The position numbers and the translations under genes were made by a program. The notes under the pieces were generated by a model, which did not search any database, was not told the origin of the DNA, and was given only the letters and a program-made list of their open reading frames with translations. Positions 45,835 to 57,100 of a stretch of DNA of 64,000 bases are shown piece after piece; within the stretch, counting starts at the first letter, position 1, and each line of letters opens with the position of its first letter. Source of the DNA: Candidatus Rariloculaceae bacterium (GTDB lineage Bacteria > Pseudomonadota > Gammaproteobacteria > Steroidobacterales > Rariloculaceae). The DNA lies in contig OZ250159.1 in the NCBI GenBank assembly GCA_965237785.1, forward strand, positions 519,989 to 583,988, in the 5' to 3' direction.

Positions 45835-48053
45835 TTGACAGTGAAACTGAATGAGTTCAGCTCGGCAACCTGCCGGGCGCCTCTCCACACTTTCGCGCTG
45901 ATATCGTGAGTGCCCCGGGACAGACTCCAGAGCAAGCTTCCACCGGCCGTTTGGTAGTCGTTTCCGTCGATGATCCAGTGGACCCGGTCTGAGGGTTCGG
46001 TACCGTCGAGCCGTAACTCGAATGCCTGGCTTTCCGGGGGCAGTCGCGGGTCCATCGCCATCAGCAGGCCGGGTGACGGCTGGCGAAAGGCGATCGGGCC
46101 GGCACTTGCCGGGCGGATTCCGGCGGCGGCCGGTTCAGTTCCGGGCGCGAACCACTCCTCACGATTCACGCAGCCCCGGACCGGGTTGCGCGGATCGGGT
46201 ACGCATACGCTCAACCGTCTCAGGCTCGGAGCCAAATAAAGTGGTTCCGGTTCTTCGGTGCGCGAAAGCTCCGAGAAGATGCTACGTAGCAATAGAGCCG
46301 GCCCCGTCGAGCCGGTCACGCCCTGAGAGGGCGTCTGATCGAGATTGCCCATCCATACGCCAACGGTGTAATGCGAGTCGAAGCCCACCGCCCAGGCATC
46401 GCGAAAGTCGCTCGAGGTACCCGTCTTGACTGCCGTTGGCGCCGTGAAATTCAGCACGCTGTTACGGCCAAACTCGAGCGCTCGCGCACCGGGGTCGGAC
46501 AGTATATCCGCTACCAGCGAAGCGCTTTCTTCGCTCAGTACCTGTCGATCCGAGGTTTGCCGGCCAGCCTCCGCCAGAACGGTCAAGGGTCGATAGACTC
46601 CACCGCGTGCCAACGCCGCGTAAGCCTGCACGAGTTCGTAAAGACTCACCGCACCGTTGCCCAGCGCGAGCCCGTCGCCGTAGGCGTCCGGATGCTCACT
46701 GAGACTGGTGAACCCCATCTCCCGTAGCGTACCGAGATACGCTGCCGTCCCGACGAATCGCAGTGCCTTGAGCGCGGGAATATTCAGCGAATTGCCGAGC
46801 GCGTCCCTTAAACCGATCGGCCCGTAAAACCGCCGGCTGTAATTCTGATAGTTGTGCAGACCGTGGCCGACGTCCGCAGCCAGGGGTGAATCGTCGATCA
46901 CCGTCGCCGCAGTCCAGCCGGAGTCGAGCGCCAACGCATAGAGCAATGGTTTTAGCGCGGAACCGGGCTGGCGCGCCGACTTCACGGCATCGATATGCGT
47001 GCGCGGCCCGCCCGAGTCTCCACCCCCGCCGACCACCCATGCCAGAACCTCGGTCGTGCGGCTATCGGCCACGAGGACGGCGCCGTGCTCGACTCGTTTT
47101 TCGGCCGTGTAAGCGAGCCGCCGATCGAGCAGATTCTGAACCGTGCGCTGGAGACCCGCGTCGAGCGTTGTCGTTATCCATGGCCCCGACGCCGGATCGG
47201 CGGCAATGCTCGATTTCACGAAACTGACGAAGTGCGGCGCCGATACCGGCAACTCGGATTTCCTGAGGTTGAGCACTTCCTTGAGAATCCGGTCGCGCTC
47301 GGTTGGGCTAATCTCGCCGCGTTCGGACATTAGGTTCGCCACGCGCCGGATCGTGGCGCTCACGGCGTCGTCCTGCCGGTAGAGATCGAGGCGGCTTGGT
47401 GATCGTACCAGTACGGCCAGCGCCAACATTTCCTTCCGGCTCAGCGTGTCGAGATCCCGGGAAAAATAATAGTTGCCTGCCTGCCTCACGCCGCGGCGGT
47501 TGGCCGCATAGGGCACCTGATTCAAATAAAACTCGAGTATCTCGTCCCTGGTAAAGGCCGCCTGAAGCCGGGACGCTTCGAATCCTTCCAGCCAGCGAGT
47601 CCACAGCGTGCGCGGTCGCGGTTGCAGCATTCTTACAACCTGCTCCGTAATCGTGCTCGCGCCCCGCACAGCCCGGCCGTTGGCGAGATTCGTGCGCAAT
47701 GCCACGATTCTGGCAATCCAGTCGGGTCCGCGGTGTTCGTGGAACCGCTTGTCTTCGGCGTGGATGAACGCGCGTTTCAGAAACTCGGGAATCTCGTGTA
47801 ACGGAACGATCTCGTGCACGTTCCAATCGTTCTGGAAAGTGACGCTCAACGGCGTGCCGTAGCGATCGAGGATCTGCGGCGTAGAAGCAGTCGAAGTGAT
47901 GGCGTGCAGCGATTCCGGCGGGGGAGTAAGGGCGTTCTGCGTGGCGTCGGTCAGTTGGAGTCCGGCAATTGCCAGCGCGGCAATCGTCAGTAGGCCGATG
48001 CGCGATCGCCACGATAGCCACGATAGCCCACCGCCGGTCAGTGCGCGGCTCAT
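45831..48053 (-). CDS. pbpC: Penicillin-binding protein 1C (bifunctional transglycosylase/transpeptidase-like)
   Basis: Glycosyltransferase motifs are FIHAEDKRFHEHRGPDW and GASTITEQVVR. The transpeptidase SxxK is QPGSALKP. It has a C-terminal PBP1C-type domain and a 4-nt start/stop overlap with the upstream A2M gene. Confidence 0.9.
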   Translation of the reverse strand: MSRALTGGGLSWLSWRSRIGLLTIAALAIAGLQLTDATQNALTPPPESLHAITSTASTPQILDRYGTPLSVTFQNDWNVHEIVPLHEIPEFLKRAFIHAEDKRFHEHRGPDWIARIVALRTNLANGRAVRGASTITEQVVRMLQPRPRTLWTRWLEGFEASRLQAAFTRDEILEFYLNQVPYAANRRGVRQAGNYYFSRDLDTLSRKEMLALAVLVRSPSRLDLYRQDDAVSATIRRVANLMSERGEISPTERDRILKEVLNLRKSELPVSAPHFVSFVKSSIAADPASGPWITTTLDAGLQRTVQNLLDRRLAYTAEKRVEHGAVLVADSRTTEVLAWVVGGGGDSGGPRTHIDAVKSARQPGSALKPLLYALALDSGWTAATVIDDSPLAADVGHGLHNYQNYSRRFYGPIGLRDALGNSLNIPALKALRFVGTAAYLGTLREMGFTSLSEHPDAYGDGLALGNGAVSLYELVQAYAALARGGVYRPLTVLAEAGRQTSDRQVLSEESASLVADILSDPGARALEFGRNSVLNFTAPTAVKTGTSSDFRDAWAVGFDSHYTVGVWMGNLDQTPSQGVTGSTGPALLLRSIFSELSRTEEPEPLYLAPSLRRLSVCVPDPRNPVRGCVNREEWFAPGTEPAAAGIRPASAGPIAFRQPSPGLLMAMDPRLPPESQAFELRLDGTEPSDRVHWIIDGNDYQTAGGSLLWSLSRGTHDISAKVWRGARQVAELNSFSFTVK

Positions 48054-51000
48054 GGCGCCGATACCGTCAGTGAGCCGGCCAGGCCGATGCCGTGGACGTC
48101 CCGGTCGTACGTCTCTTCCGCCTTGACCGGCATTTGGCGGAATTGCCCTGCCGCGATGGCTTGGGCCGTGTATGCCAGATGGTAGTTCCCCGGGGGCAGG
48201 TAGTCGGAGTAGTACCGCACCGCGTCATGCCGGAATTCCTGATGGTGGAAGCTCCACCGGGAGACGTTATAGCTGAGCCAGTCGCCGAATTGAAACCACC
48301 ACGATCCGCCGGCGCGCTCGAAGGCGCCGGCGTCCGCATCGACGAACGATGTATTGGCGAGATTCGGATTGAGCGGTTCGAGCCCGCCGGGCACGGGATC
48401 GTCGACGACAACGAAGTGCCCGGCCGTCGGCAGGGAAACGAACAGATCCACGCGAACGAGTTCGCCGCGCTGGATTTGGGCGTCCTCGCCGAGCAGGACC
48501 CAATCGCCTGCGCGCTGCACGCTGGTTTCGCGCCGAATGTCGATCCCCGCGTTGACCCGCTCGTTGCGCCGATCCGTTGTGGCATAGCTCATGCGTGCGC
48601 CGTAGTAGAGGCGGCCCGCGCCGCTGGGGCGAATGGTCAACGCGCTCGCGCGGCCCGGGTCTTCGCCGGTAATGGGTCGCGTGACGCTCACGGCGGCATC
48701 GCGAACACCGGCAAATGCCGCGCTCCCCATGGGCTCGCCATCCATGTCCACGCTGACCGCGAAGTCCGGTTCAACGGATTCGTAGCGTTGCGAGTAGTCG
48801 GTCAGCGCATTCGTACAGAACATGTTTTCCTGGGTATTCTCCCAGTGATCCCGATTTTCGCGAGTTTGAGTGATCGTCCTGAGGAGTTCGAATCGGCCTT
48901 GCGGATCCCCGGATTCACTGCCGGCGATCAGCGCGGATAACACAGCGCAATTGGATCGCATCGGGGTGCTCAATATCCGGTAGTAGCCGTCATCCAGCGA
49001 TTCGTTAAAGCTCAGTTTTCCGGCGCTTCTGGATGAGCTTTGCATGATGATTTCAACGAGTTCCTTGGCGATGTCTTCCGCGCCGTCGACATTCAGCGCG
49101 GCGAGCAGGTAGTGGGCTTTGCCGAAGAGACTCATGTACTCGACGTACTCGCGATACCGCAACAGATCGCCGCGCGAAATCCTGCCGTGCGCGGCGAGCG
49201 CGGCCAGCGCGACCGAGCGGACACTCGACGTCATCCCGCGAGTGTAAAAGCTCGGCACGGCATTGCGCCGGAGCAGATTCTCGAGATACTCGTGCAGGCG
49301 CCTTTCCACGGGATCGGGGATCCGATGCCCGGCGTCGCGAAGCCAGTTGAAGGCAAGCGCCGTGTACGCGCTCAAGTACGGGCTGACGTACGCGTCGGCC
49401 GCGCGGAAGTAGGTCATGCCGCCGTTGGGCGCCTGATAGTCCGCGGCATCGGCCAGTACGGCAGCCGCAAGGTCCGCGCTTTCGGGCCAACTCAGACCGG
49501 GGTCGAGATAGGCGCGCAGACTCTGGAAGCGCGAGGCCATGACGCCCTTGGTCAGCTTTTGCTCCCAACCGGGGTAGTCAGAGTCTCGTATGCGTCGGAA
49601 CGCGCCATCGAGGTTTCCGATGACACTCGCCGAGAGGTCCACTGCGACCTCGCCAACGCTTGTATCGATCCCCTGGGGGAACAGCAGCGACTCGGTCACC
49701 GGTTCACCCATTGTCGAACCGTAGCTCGCCGCTGTTTCGAGCATACGATATGCCTGCACCGGCAACTCGTGTTCAAGCGCATCGCCGTCGGAGGCGTCTC
49801 CCGCCCGGACTTTGAAGCGGATTCGCCCCTCGGTGGCGTCCCGGGAGGTGGCGAGTCGAGCGGCCTCGACCGGCATATAGACGGTCTCGCGCTGATACGG
49901 AGCCAGACTGAGTCGGCTTTCGATCATCGCTGTGTCAGGGGTGTCCCCGCCGACAGCATCCCCGCCGGCAGCATCCCCGCCGGCAACGATGCTTATATCG
50001 ATCTCCCGGGCGTCGTCCGTCCGGTTCATGATGCTGAACCCGGCGAGAAAACGGTCGCCCTCCGTGACCTGATTCGGCATCACGGGCCGGATCTCGGTGG
50101 GCAGGTTGGCGGTGAACGAGGTTTCTCCAAGGCCCATGCGATCGGTCGGTGTCGTGGCGAGGACGAGAACGCGCCACCCGGTCAGATTGTCCGGCAGAGT
50201 GAATTCGAACTCGCCGCGGCCACGGCGGTTCAGCTCCAACGACGGATTCCAGTACGCGACGTAGTCGAAGAACGAGCGCATGCTCAACGCGCTGCCGCCG
50301 TCGCCACCGGCGTTGGCGCCCTTGAGTTCGATGCGCTGTCTGCCGACGAGTCGCGTCAGCAGGCTGTAGTTTCTGATGTCGAGGCCATCGAGGTTATTGA
50401 AGCCCGCGTACGGATCGAAGTATTCGGAGCCGCCCTGAATGAGGTCGAGAACGGCTTCGTCGAGCACGACGACGGCCGCCTCGATCGGTTCGGATTGTCT
50501 GCGATTGCGCGGCCGCGCGGCGATATTCACACGCACGGTGTCGCCGGGTTGATAGGCCGCGGAATCGGCATCGACGCCAACATCGATCTGTTTGTACGGA
50601 TCGTCAACCGGAACCTGCACGTAGCCGAGCTTGAAGGCCGGTTTGCCCAGATCGACCTGGCCGGGCTCCGGCAACGGGGCCGCAACGCGAGGCGACGTGA
50701 CGAGCACGGAGAGAAAGAACCCCGGCAAGTAGTCCTCTTCAACTTTGAACTCAATGACGGGCGTGCTGCTGTCCAGATTTTCCACCCACTGCCGAATGAC
50801 TCCGTAACGTTCAATCGTCACCAGCGCCCGGGCCCCGGGATACGGGTTCTGAATCAGATAGCGCGCCGTATCGCCAACGGCATAACGGGTTTGCTCGGGT
50901 ACGATATCGAGCCTGTCGTCATTGGAAGTATTCCAGACGACGTGGCCCTTGCCTCTCACCCACGCGCCGATCCGGGTGATATGCGCCCTGCCGGCGGTAT

Positions 51001-53962
51001 CCTGAATTCGCGCCGTCGCGCGGTAGCGCCCCGGCGTCTCGGGTACGAAGCGGCATGGGCCGGGAGTGGCTTCGGAGCGGGCGTCGCAGTGGGCGACGTC
51101 GACCCAGGTGTTGACGAACTGAGTCAGATAGGCGGTTCCCGCGCCGCGCACTCGCGCGGCCCGAGTGTCGAGTCGCTGAATGTCGATCCGCACGTCCGTG
51201 CCGGCAACCGGCGTGCCGTGGGTGTCGACCACGACAAACTCCATGATCGCCTCCTCATCTTCGGTGTACGTCCAGCGAGTGTTCTTCAAGCCGACAAGAC
51301 GGTCGACGGCGACGAAGCGCGCATTGGCCGTACCGGCAATGTATCGGCCCCGATCGTCACGTACGGCGCTCTCCACGCGCAACGTGCCGAAGACCACGTT
51401 CTCGCCGATGTCGGCCGGGATCTCGAAACGGTGCCGATGGTTGCCGTCATCGCCCACGTTGGCAACGATCTGAGAGACAGTCGTCGATCGTTGAGCGCTG
51501 TCGCTGTCGAATCGGAACGATGCAGCCACGGGGTGGGAACTGCGAAAGGCGCGTCTGTCGATGACCGCCGTGACGCGCGTCTCCGCCTGGGTATAGGGCC
51601 CACCGGAGAAAAGCGTTGCGTGCGTTTCTGCCTCGACTTCGGAGCCGGCGACAAAGGTGTCGCCGTTCAATGACGTGGTGACGCGAAACGAAGATGGCGT
51701 GAAATCGCTCACCAGAACGCGCATCGGACGGCGGGCGAACCTCAGAAAATCCGCATTCAGCGAGAAGCTGTACCAGCCGACGACCGCGTTCTCGGGGATT
51801 TCGAACTTGCCGTCGAAGGCGCCGAAAGCCGATAGCTCGATACCCGTTTCCGAATGAACCGATTTGCCCGTCGGGTCGGCAATCTCCAGCGAATACGGTC
51901 CAACGGGAGCCGGAACATAGGTTTCGTTGGATTGATCGCGCACGTAAATCTTGTACTCGATGGTATCGCCGGCTCGATAAACACCCTGAGCGGTGGTCCC
52001 CCAACTACGCAGATGACCGAATTGTTGCAGGCTGCGACTGTAGACCGTGTAGTTCGAGACTCGTGCGGTGCTGACCTCGAATCGCCAGTCTATCGGCAGC
52101 ACCGCCATTCGATCGCGACGCTGCACGCGTACGAAGAGTCGTTCGCAATCGTCGGCGGACCTGCGCCGGCACCGCTCGCCGGGAAAGAGGTAGTCCAGGT
52201 CCGGATCCAATACCGACGTACCCGCGAGAATCGCCACGCCTCGCCGGTCCGTCCTGGCCGTATCGAGTTCCACGGATGGCGCCGATAACGCGGCGATACG
52301 ATCCGCGTAAACGGATACTTCGGCACGGGAGACCGGCCTGCCGCTGGCGAAATCGGTTACCCATACCAGCGTGTTGAAATGGCCGAGCTTGACGTGAACC
52401 TGGTATGGGGTGACCTGAGCAAACAGCGTCTCCGGATAAGTAATAACGCCCGGGGTGGTCGCCAGCCGCCCGTAAATGGCCCCGTCCCGACCTTCGAGCA
52501 GCCCGCGAACGTCGAACGGGACGGCGTATTGGATATCTTCGATCGCTGGAAACTCGTAGTTTCCGGTCAGCCCTGAATCGCTTCGATCCGTCGTAAGACG
52601 GCTGTAGTGGAGAGTGGCCTTGTCGAGGTTTGTGACGTACAGCGGAACCGACGAATCGACACCTGCTTCCAGAACGGCCGTCGAGTGCGCGATGGTGTAG
52701 TTCGGGGGGCGATGGGCGGTGCGAAATTCCAGATCGAGGGGTATCGCGGGCGATCGACCGAATTCGTCGCGGGGCCCGGACGATCCGGGTGCCTGATCGA
52801 TGCGATAGGATTCCACCGCGCGCAGTATCTCCGGCAGATTGACGACGTAGCGCCGTCCACGCTGATGGGGTGTACGGAGCCTCGACCAGTTTCCGGTATT
52901 GGCCCAAGGGTCGTAATCTGTGCGCCCGCCGCTGAGATCGGGAGTGATTCGGACGTGATCGCGCACCTCGGCATTGATCGTCGGCGCGGAAAACGCGAGT
53001 CCCACTCGCGACATCGGGTTGCATAAGCGATCGGGGTCGGAGTCGGCAACGGACAAGCCGTTCTCGATAAAAATCTGCTCCCCGGAGTTGTCATGACAGA
53101 CGATCCCGAGCAGGCGATACTCGGGAAATGTGTCGAATTGGACGACCGCACGCCGCTCGTCTCCGGTCTCCGGGCCTTCGGCGGAGATCAGTCCCGGCTC
53201 GATCATGAGGGTCGCGCGCACGTCGTGATCAAGCTCACTTGCCGGACTCACCATCCAGGTACGGCGCGCCTCCTCGCCGGCGATTTCCGTGGTTTGATCA
53301 TCGCTTGATGCCGTCTGTGCCGCGCCGAAGTCGACGATGATCGGTTCGCCCGGCAACGGCAGGAAACGCGGCAACTCGCGATCGTATTCGTCGGGTTCCA
53401 CATGCAGCGACCGATGCCCGCTTGCCGTGACAATGAACAGGTGCTTCCGGACTGAAGATTCGGTGACCGGTTGGTTGAATATCACGCGAATGACAGGCAG
53501 GCCCGGCGCGCGCCAGGTCCTGAAGTTCGTGTAGGCGATGCGCGGTCGTTCCGTAACAAACGAGTGCTCGTGGCGCGAACCGATCGTCGCTCCGTCCTGG
53601 GCGCGCAGACCGGGATGCAGGGTCAAGTCGTAACGTGTCGACCGGATAAACGCCTGATCGTCGCCAAGCTGGCACGCGAGTGCGCTCGGATCGATCCATT
53701 GCCACTGGCAGGGAAGCTCCGGACTGATCTCTATCGGTATTTCCGCCGCATCTCGCGACATGCGCCCAATGGGGACCACCGGGCGATTGAATTGAATGAC
53801 TATCTGGTGGCCGGGCGGCACGTTCGTGCCGCTTGGGGCGATGCTCGTGACCCGAAGCGAAGCACCGCCGCGATCCTGTGCCGATCCAACCGTTGAGAAA
53901 CAGCAGCCCAGGATCAGGAGCAGCGTCGGGATGAGTCGTGAAAACAGATTCCCCGTATACAC
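48050..53962 (-). CDS. Bacterial alpha-2-macroglobulin-family lipoprotein (1970 aa), no CxEQ thioester motif
   Basis: GTG start with the lipobox LLILGCC. A2M hallmarks are PDNLTGWRVLVLATT and VVVDDPVPGGLEPLNPNL. It is paired with pbpC. At the expected thioester position the sequence is DSDYPGWEQK (49559-49576), and no Cys-x-Glu-Gln occurs anywhere in the protein. Confidence 0.88.
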   Translation of the reverse strand: MYTGNLFSRLIPTLLLILGCCFSTVGSAQDRGGASLRVTSIAPSGTNVPPGHQIVIQFNRPVVPIGRMSRDAAEIPIEISPELPCQWQWIDPSALACQLGDDQAFIRSTRYDLTLHPGLRAQDGATIGSRHEHSFVTERPRIAYTNFRTWRAPGLPVIRVIFNQPVTESSVRKHLFIVTASGHRSLHVEPDEYDRELPRFLPLPGEPIIVDFGAAQTASSDDQTTEIAGEEARRTWMVSPASELDHDVRATLMIEPGLISAEGPETGDERRAVVQFDTFPEYRLLGIVCHDNSGEQIFIENGLSVADSDPDRLCNPMSRVGLAFSAPTINAEVRDHVRITPDLSGGRTDYDPWANTGNWSRLRTPHQRGRRYVVNLPEILRAVESYRIDQAPGSSGPRDEFGRSPAIPLDLEFRTAHRPPNYTIAHSTAVLEAGVDSSVPLYVTNLDKATLHYSRLTTDRSDSGLTGNYEFPAIEDIQYAVPFDVRGLLEGRDGAIYGRLATTPGVITYPETLFAQVTPYQVHVKLGHFNTLVWVTDFASGRPVSRAEVSVYADRIAALSAPSVELDTARTDRRGVAILAGTSVLDPDLDYLFPGERCRRRSADDCERLFVRVQRRDRMAVLPIDWRFEVSTARVSNYTVYSRSLQQFGHLRSWGTTAQGVYRAGDTIEYKIYVRDQSNETYVPAPVGPYSLEIADPTGKSVHSETGIELSAFGAFDGKFEIPENAVVGWYSFSLNADFLRFARRPMRVLVSDFTPSSFRVTTSLNGDTFVAGSEVEAETHATLFSGGPYTQAETRVTAVIDRRAFRSSHPVAASFRFDSDSAQRSTTVSQIVANVGDDGNHRHRFEIPADIGENVVFGTLRVESAVRDDRGRYIAGTANARFVAVDRLVGLKNTRWTYTEDEEAIMEFVVVDTHGTPVAGTDVRIDIQRLDTRAARVRGAGTAYLTQFVNTWVDVAHCDARSEATPGPCRFVPETPGRYRATARIQDTAGRAHITRIGAWVRGKGHVVWNTSNDDRLDIVPEQTRYAVGDTARYLIQNPYPGARALVTIERYGVIRQWVENLDSSTPVIEFKVEEDYLPGFFLSVLVTSPRVAAPLPEPGQVDLGKPAFKLGYVQVPVDDPYKQIDVGVDADSAAYQPGDTVRVNIAARPRNRRQSEPIEAAVVVLDEAVLDLIQGGSEYFDPYAGFNNLDGLDIRNYSLLTRLVGRQRIELKGANAGGDGGSALSMRSFFDYVAYWNPSLELNRRGRGEFEFTLPDNLTGWRVLVLATTPTDRMGLGETSFTANLPTEIRPVMPNQVTEGDRFLAGFSIMNRTDDAREIDISIVAGGDAAGGDAVGGDTPDTAMIESRLSLAPYQRETVYMPVEAARLATSRDATEGRIRFKVRAGDASDGDALEHELPVQAYRMLETAASYGSTMGEPVTESLLFPQGIDTSVGEVAVDLSASVIGNLDGAFRRIRDSDYPGWEQKLTKGVMASRFQSLRAYLDPGLSWPESADLAAAVLADAADYQAPNGGMTYFRAADAYVSPYLSAYTALAFNWLRDAGHRIPDPVERRLHEYLENLLRRNAVPSFYTRGMTSSVRSVALAALAAHGRISRGDLLRYREYVEYMSLFGKAHYLLAALNVDGAEDIAKELVEIIMQSSSRSAGKLSFNESLDDGYYRILSTPMRSNCAVLSALIAGSESGDPQGRFELLRTITQTRENRDHWENTQENMFCTNALTDYSQRYESVEPDFAVSVDMDGEPMGSAAFAGVRDAAVSVTRPITGEDPGRASALTIRPSGAGRLYYGARMSYATTDRRNERVNAGIDIRRETSVQRAGDWVLLGEDAQIQRGELVRVDLFVSLPTAGHFVVVDDPVPGGLEPLNPNLANTSFVDADAGAFERAGGSWWFQFGDWLSYNVSRWSFHHQEFRHDAVRYYSDYLPPGNYHLAYTAQAIAAGQFRQMPVKAEETYDRDVHGIGLAGSLTVSAP

Positions 53963-54139
53963 TCGAACAACCTATGGCCGTGCCCGGCCCGTGTCAATTT
54001 ACTTGATATTACGGTCGGAGTGTGGCGATCCGCTGACGCAATCAGGGCGAAATATGGCAGTTGGCCACATCTGTCGGGTATCGATGGGTGAGGCTATCCA
54101 CTCGCCGTTCAATTTCGGGACAACGCCAGGATGCCGGCG

Positions 54140-57100
54140 CTACGGTGTCTGCGCCGCCTCGTCGGGAGCGTCCGCATCCCTGCCCAGCAGCAGATTTATC
54201 GAATTTCTCATGAGCACGCCGAAGTCGTCCGCCAGCAAATACAGCGAGGGGATCAGGAACAGGGTGATCACCGTCGCAAAGACGATGCCGAAGCTCATCG
54301 AGATGGCCATCGGTATAACGAACTCTGCTTGAAGGCTGGTTTCAAGCATGATCGGCAACAGGCCGACCGCGGTCGTGATCGAGGTCAGCATGATTGCGCG
54401 AAAGCGCCGCGTTCCGGACTGCACCACGGCCTGCTTGATCGGCACACCGCTTTGTCTGGCCTTGTTTATGAAATCAACCATGATCAGGCTGTCGTTTACG
54501 ACGACGCCGGTCAGCGCGATCAGGCCGAAAAGGGAAATCATGCTGATCGCCTTGCCCATGACGATATGCCCGATGACGGCGCCGATAAGGCCGAATGGAA
54601 TGATGGACATGATGATCAGCGGTTGCGTATAGGAGTGCAAAGGAATCGCGATCAGCGCATAAATCAGAAACAGTGCGGCTACGGACGCCACCGTGATATT
54701 TTGGATGAACGCCTGCTCCTCCAGGCTGGCGCCTTCCAGCGCAAAATTGACGCCAGGATAGCGGGACAGCAGATCGGGGATGTAGTCGTCCTGAATTTCC
54801 TCCCTGATCTCTCCGGGCTCGACGAGTTCCGGATCGATGTCCGCGGATACGGTAATGGTGCGTTGCCGATTCTGGCGCGTGATACTGGAATAGGCCCTGT
54901 TGAACGAGAGTTCGGCGACCGAGTAGAACGGCACTTCGTCGCCCGCGGGCGTGCGAATACGCATGTTTTCGAGATCCGCAATCGACCGTCTGTCCTCGAG
55001 GGGATAACGGACCATCACCTTCAGTTCATCTTTTCCCCGCTGAATTCTCTGTGCCTCTTCACCGTAAAAAGCCTGTCGAACCTGTCGTCCCAGCGACGAC
55101 AGGGTCAGGCCCAGTGCCTCGGCCTCGGGTTTGATATCGAGCTGAATTTCCTGGCCGCCCGCGCTTGCGGAATTGCGAATATCGAAGACGCCGTTGTATT
55201 GACTCAGCTTTTCTTCCAGCTCCTCGGCAACCCGCTCGAGTGTCGCGTAGTTGGAGCCGGAAAATTTGAAACCGAGTGCCGCGCTGCCGCCGACGTTGTC
55301 TCCACCCGAGAAGGTCAGTTCCTTCATGCCCGCGATCTCGCCGACTTTTTCGCGCCACAAGCCGATAATCTCGTCAGCCTGCATCGGCCGGTCTTCGCCC
55401 TTGTAAATCTCGGCGAAGACGACACCGCCGATATCGCCTTGTGTGAATACGCCGACATGATCGATGGGATCGACGGATTGCGGGTTGGCATCGATATATT
55501 CGGCATTGATTTCGAGGGCGGCGTTTTCCACGCGCTCGAGCGCAACGTCTCGAACCTCCGGAGCGGTGCCGTTCTGCATCGCCATTTCGACCTGGATGAA
55601 GTCGCCCGGTACGTCGGGAAACAGCACGACTCGCACGATGCCGCTGTTCATGACGCCGATCGTGAGAATCAGCACCGCGGCGAACAGGGTGAATGTCAGT
55701 CCTCGATTGTCCAATGCCTTTTCGAGAAGCGGCGCATAGCGGCGATGTATCAGCGAGTGCAATCCATGCTGAGTCCTGCGCTGAATTTTCTGAAAAAAGC
55801 GCGGAAATTTCTCCCAACGGCCGACCTCGCGCCGCGGATTGAACAAATCGTTTTCGTCGACGGGTTTGATGTTGGCGTGAACCAGGTGCGCGGGCAGGAT
55901 CAACTTGGATTCCACCAGTGAGAACATCAGGCAAAGGATGACCACCACGGACATGGCCTCGAAAAACGGTCCGACAATGCCGCCGACGAACAACATGGGC
56001 GCGAACGCGGCCATCGTTGTCAGGACGCCGAAGGTCGCCGGGACAGCGACTTTGTTCGCGCCTCGTACGACATGATCGAGTGTATGGCCCTTGGCCCTGA
56101 TCTCTGTATAAACGCTCTCGGCAATGACGATCGCATCGTCGACCACGATACCGAGCACCAGGATGAAGCCGAACAAGCTGATGAAGTTGATCGTGACCGG
56201 CCAGGGGCCATGCGGCATTAACCACAATGCGCCGAAGAACGTGATCGGTATGCCCACCATGACCCAACCCGCCACTTTCATGCGCAGGAACAGCGACAGG
56301 ATCAGGCCGACCAGAAGCGCGCCCTGGATCATGTTCTTCGTCATCATGTCGAGGCGGCCCTGCAGGTACCAGGCGCGATCGACCCACGATTCCATCGTCA
56401 CGCCCGCCGGCAAGGAGGCCGACTTTTCCTCGATGTATTCTTGTACGGCCGCCGCGGTCGCCAACTCGTCCTGGGCGCCACCGGCGAGCACGCGCATGAT
56501 CGCCGTCGGCTGACCGTTGAAGCGCCCGTATCCGTTGGATTCGACGAAACCGTCCTCGATCGACGCGATGTCGCCAACCGTCAGGCGCGTGCCATCCGGA
56601 TAGGTGCGCAACACAAGATCGGAGAACTCCGATCCGGTATAGGCCTGTCCCTCGGTGCGTAGCAGAATATCGCCGCCTTCGGTTCTGATGGCGCCGCCGG
56701 GCATGTCGATGGACGAGTTTCTGATCGCCTGCGAAATCTCGCTCATCGTCAGGCCGTATTGGCGCAGAACGTGCTCCGAGACCTCGATGCTGATTTCGTA
56801 GTCGCGGTCGCCGAGGATCTGCACCTGATTTACGGCCGGGATCGTCATGAGTTCGTCCCGGACCTCTTGCGCGATCTGTTTGCGCGCAAATTCATCGAGG
56901 TTGCCGTAGATCGAAATGAATACGATGTGCAGGGGGACTTCCTGTTTGTAGATGACCGGTTTTTCCGTCAAAGCCGGGAATGTCGAGATCGCGTCGACGC
57001 GTGTCTTGATCTCTCCAAGGATTTCATTGATGTCCTCGCCAATAGCGATCTCGGCGGTCACCGAACCGCTGCCTTCAAGGGCGACTGAATTTATTTCGAC

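Noticed and set aside
53969-53997. Strong-looking promoter TTGACA-17-TAGGTT upstream of the A2M gene
   Set aside because: The -10 ends only 7 nt before the GTG start. It would give a leaderless GTG-initiated mRNA, which is unlikely. Either the match is fortuitous or the start codon is mis-assigned, so it is not reported as a feature.
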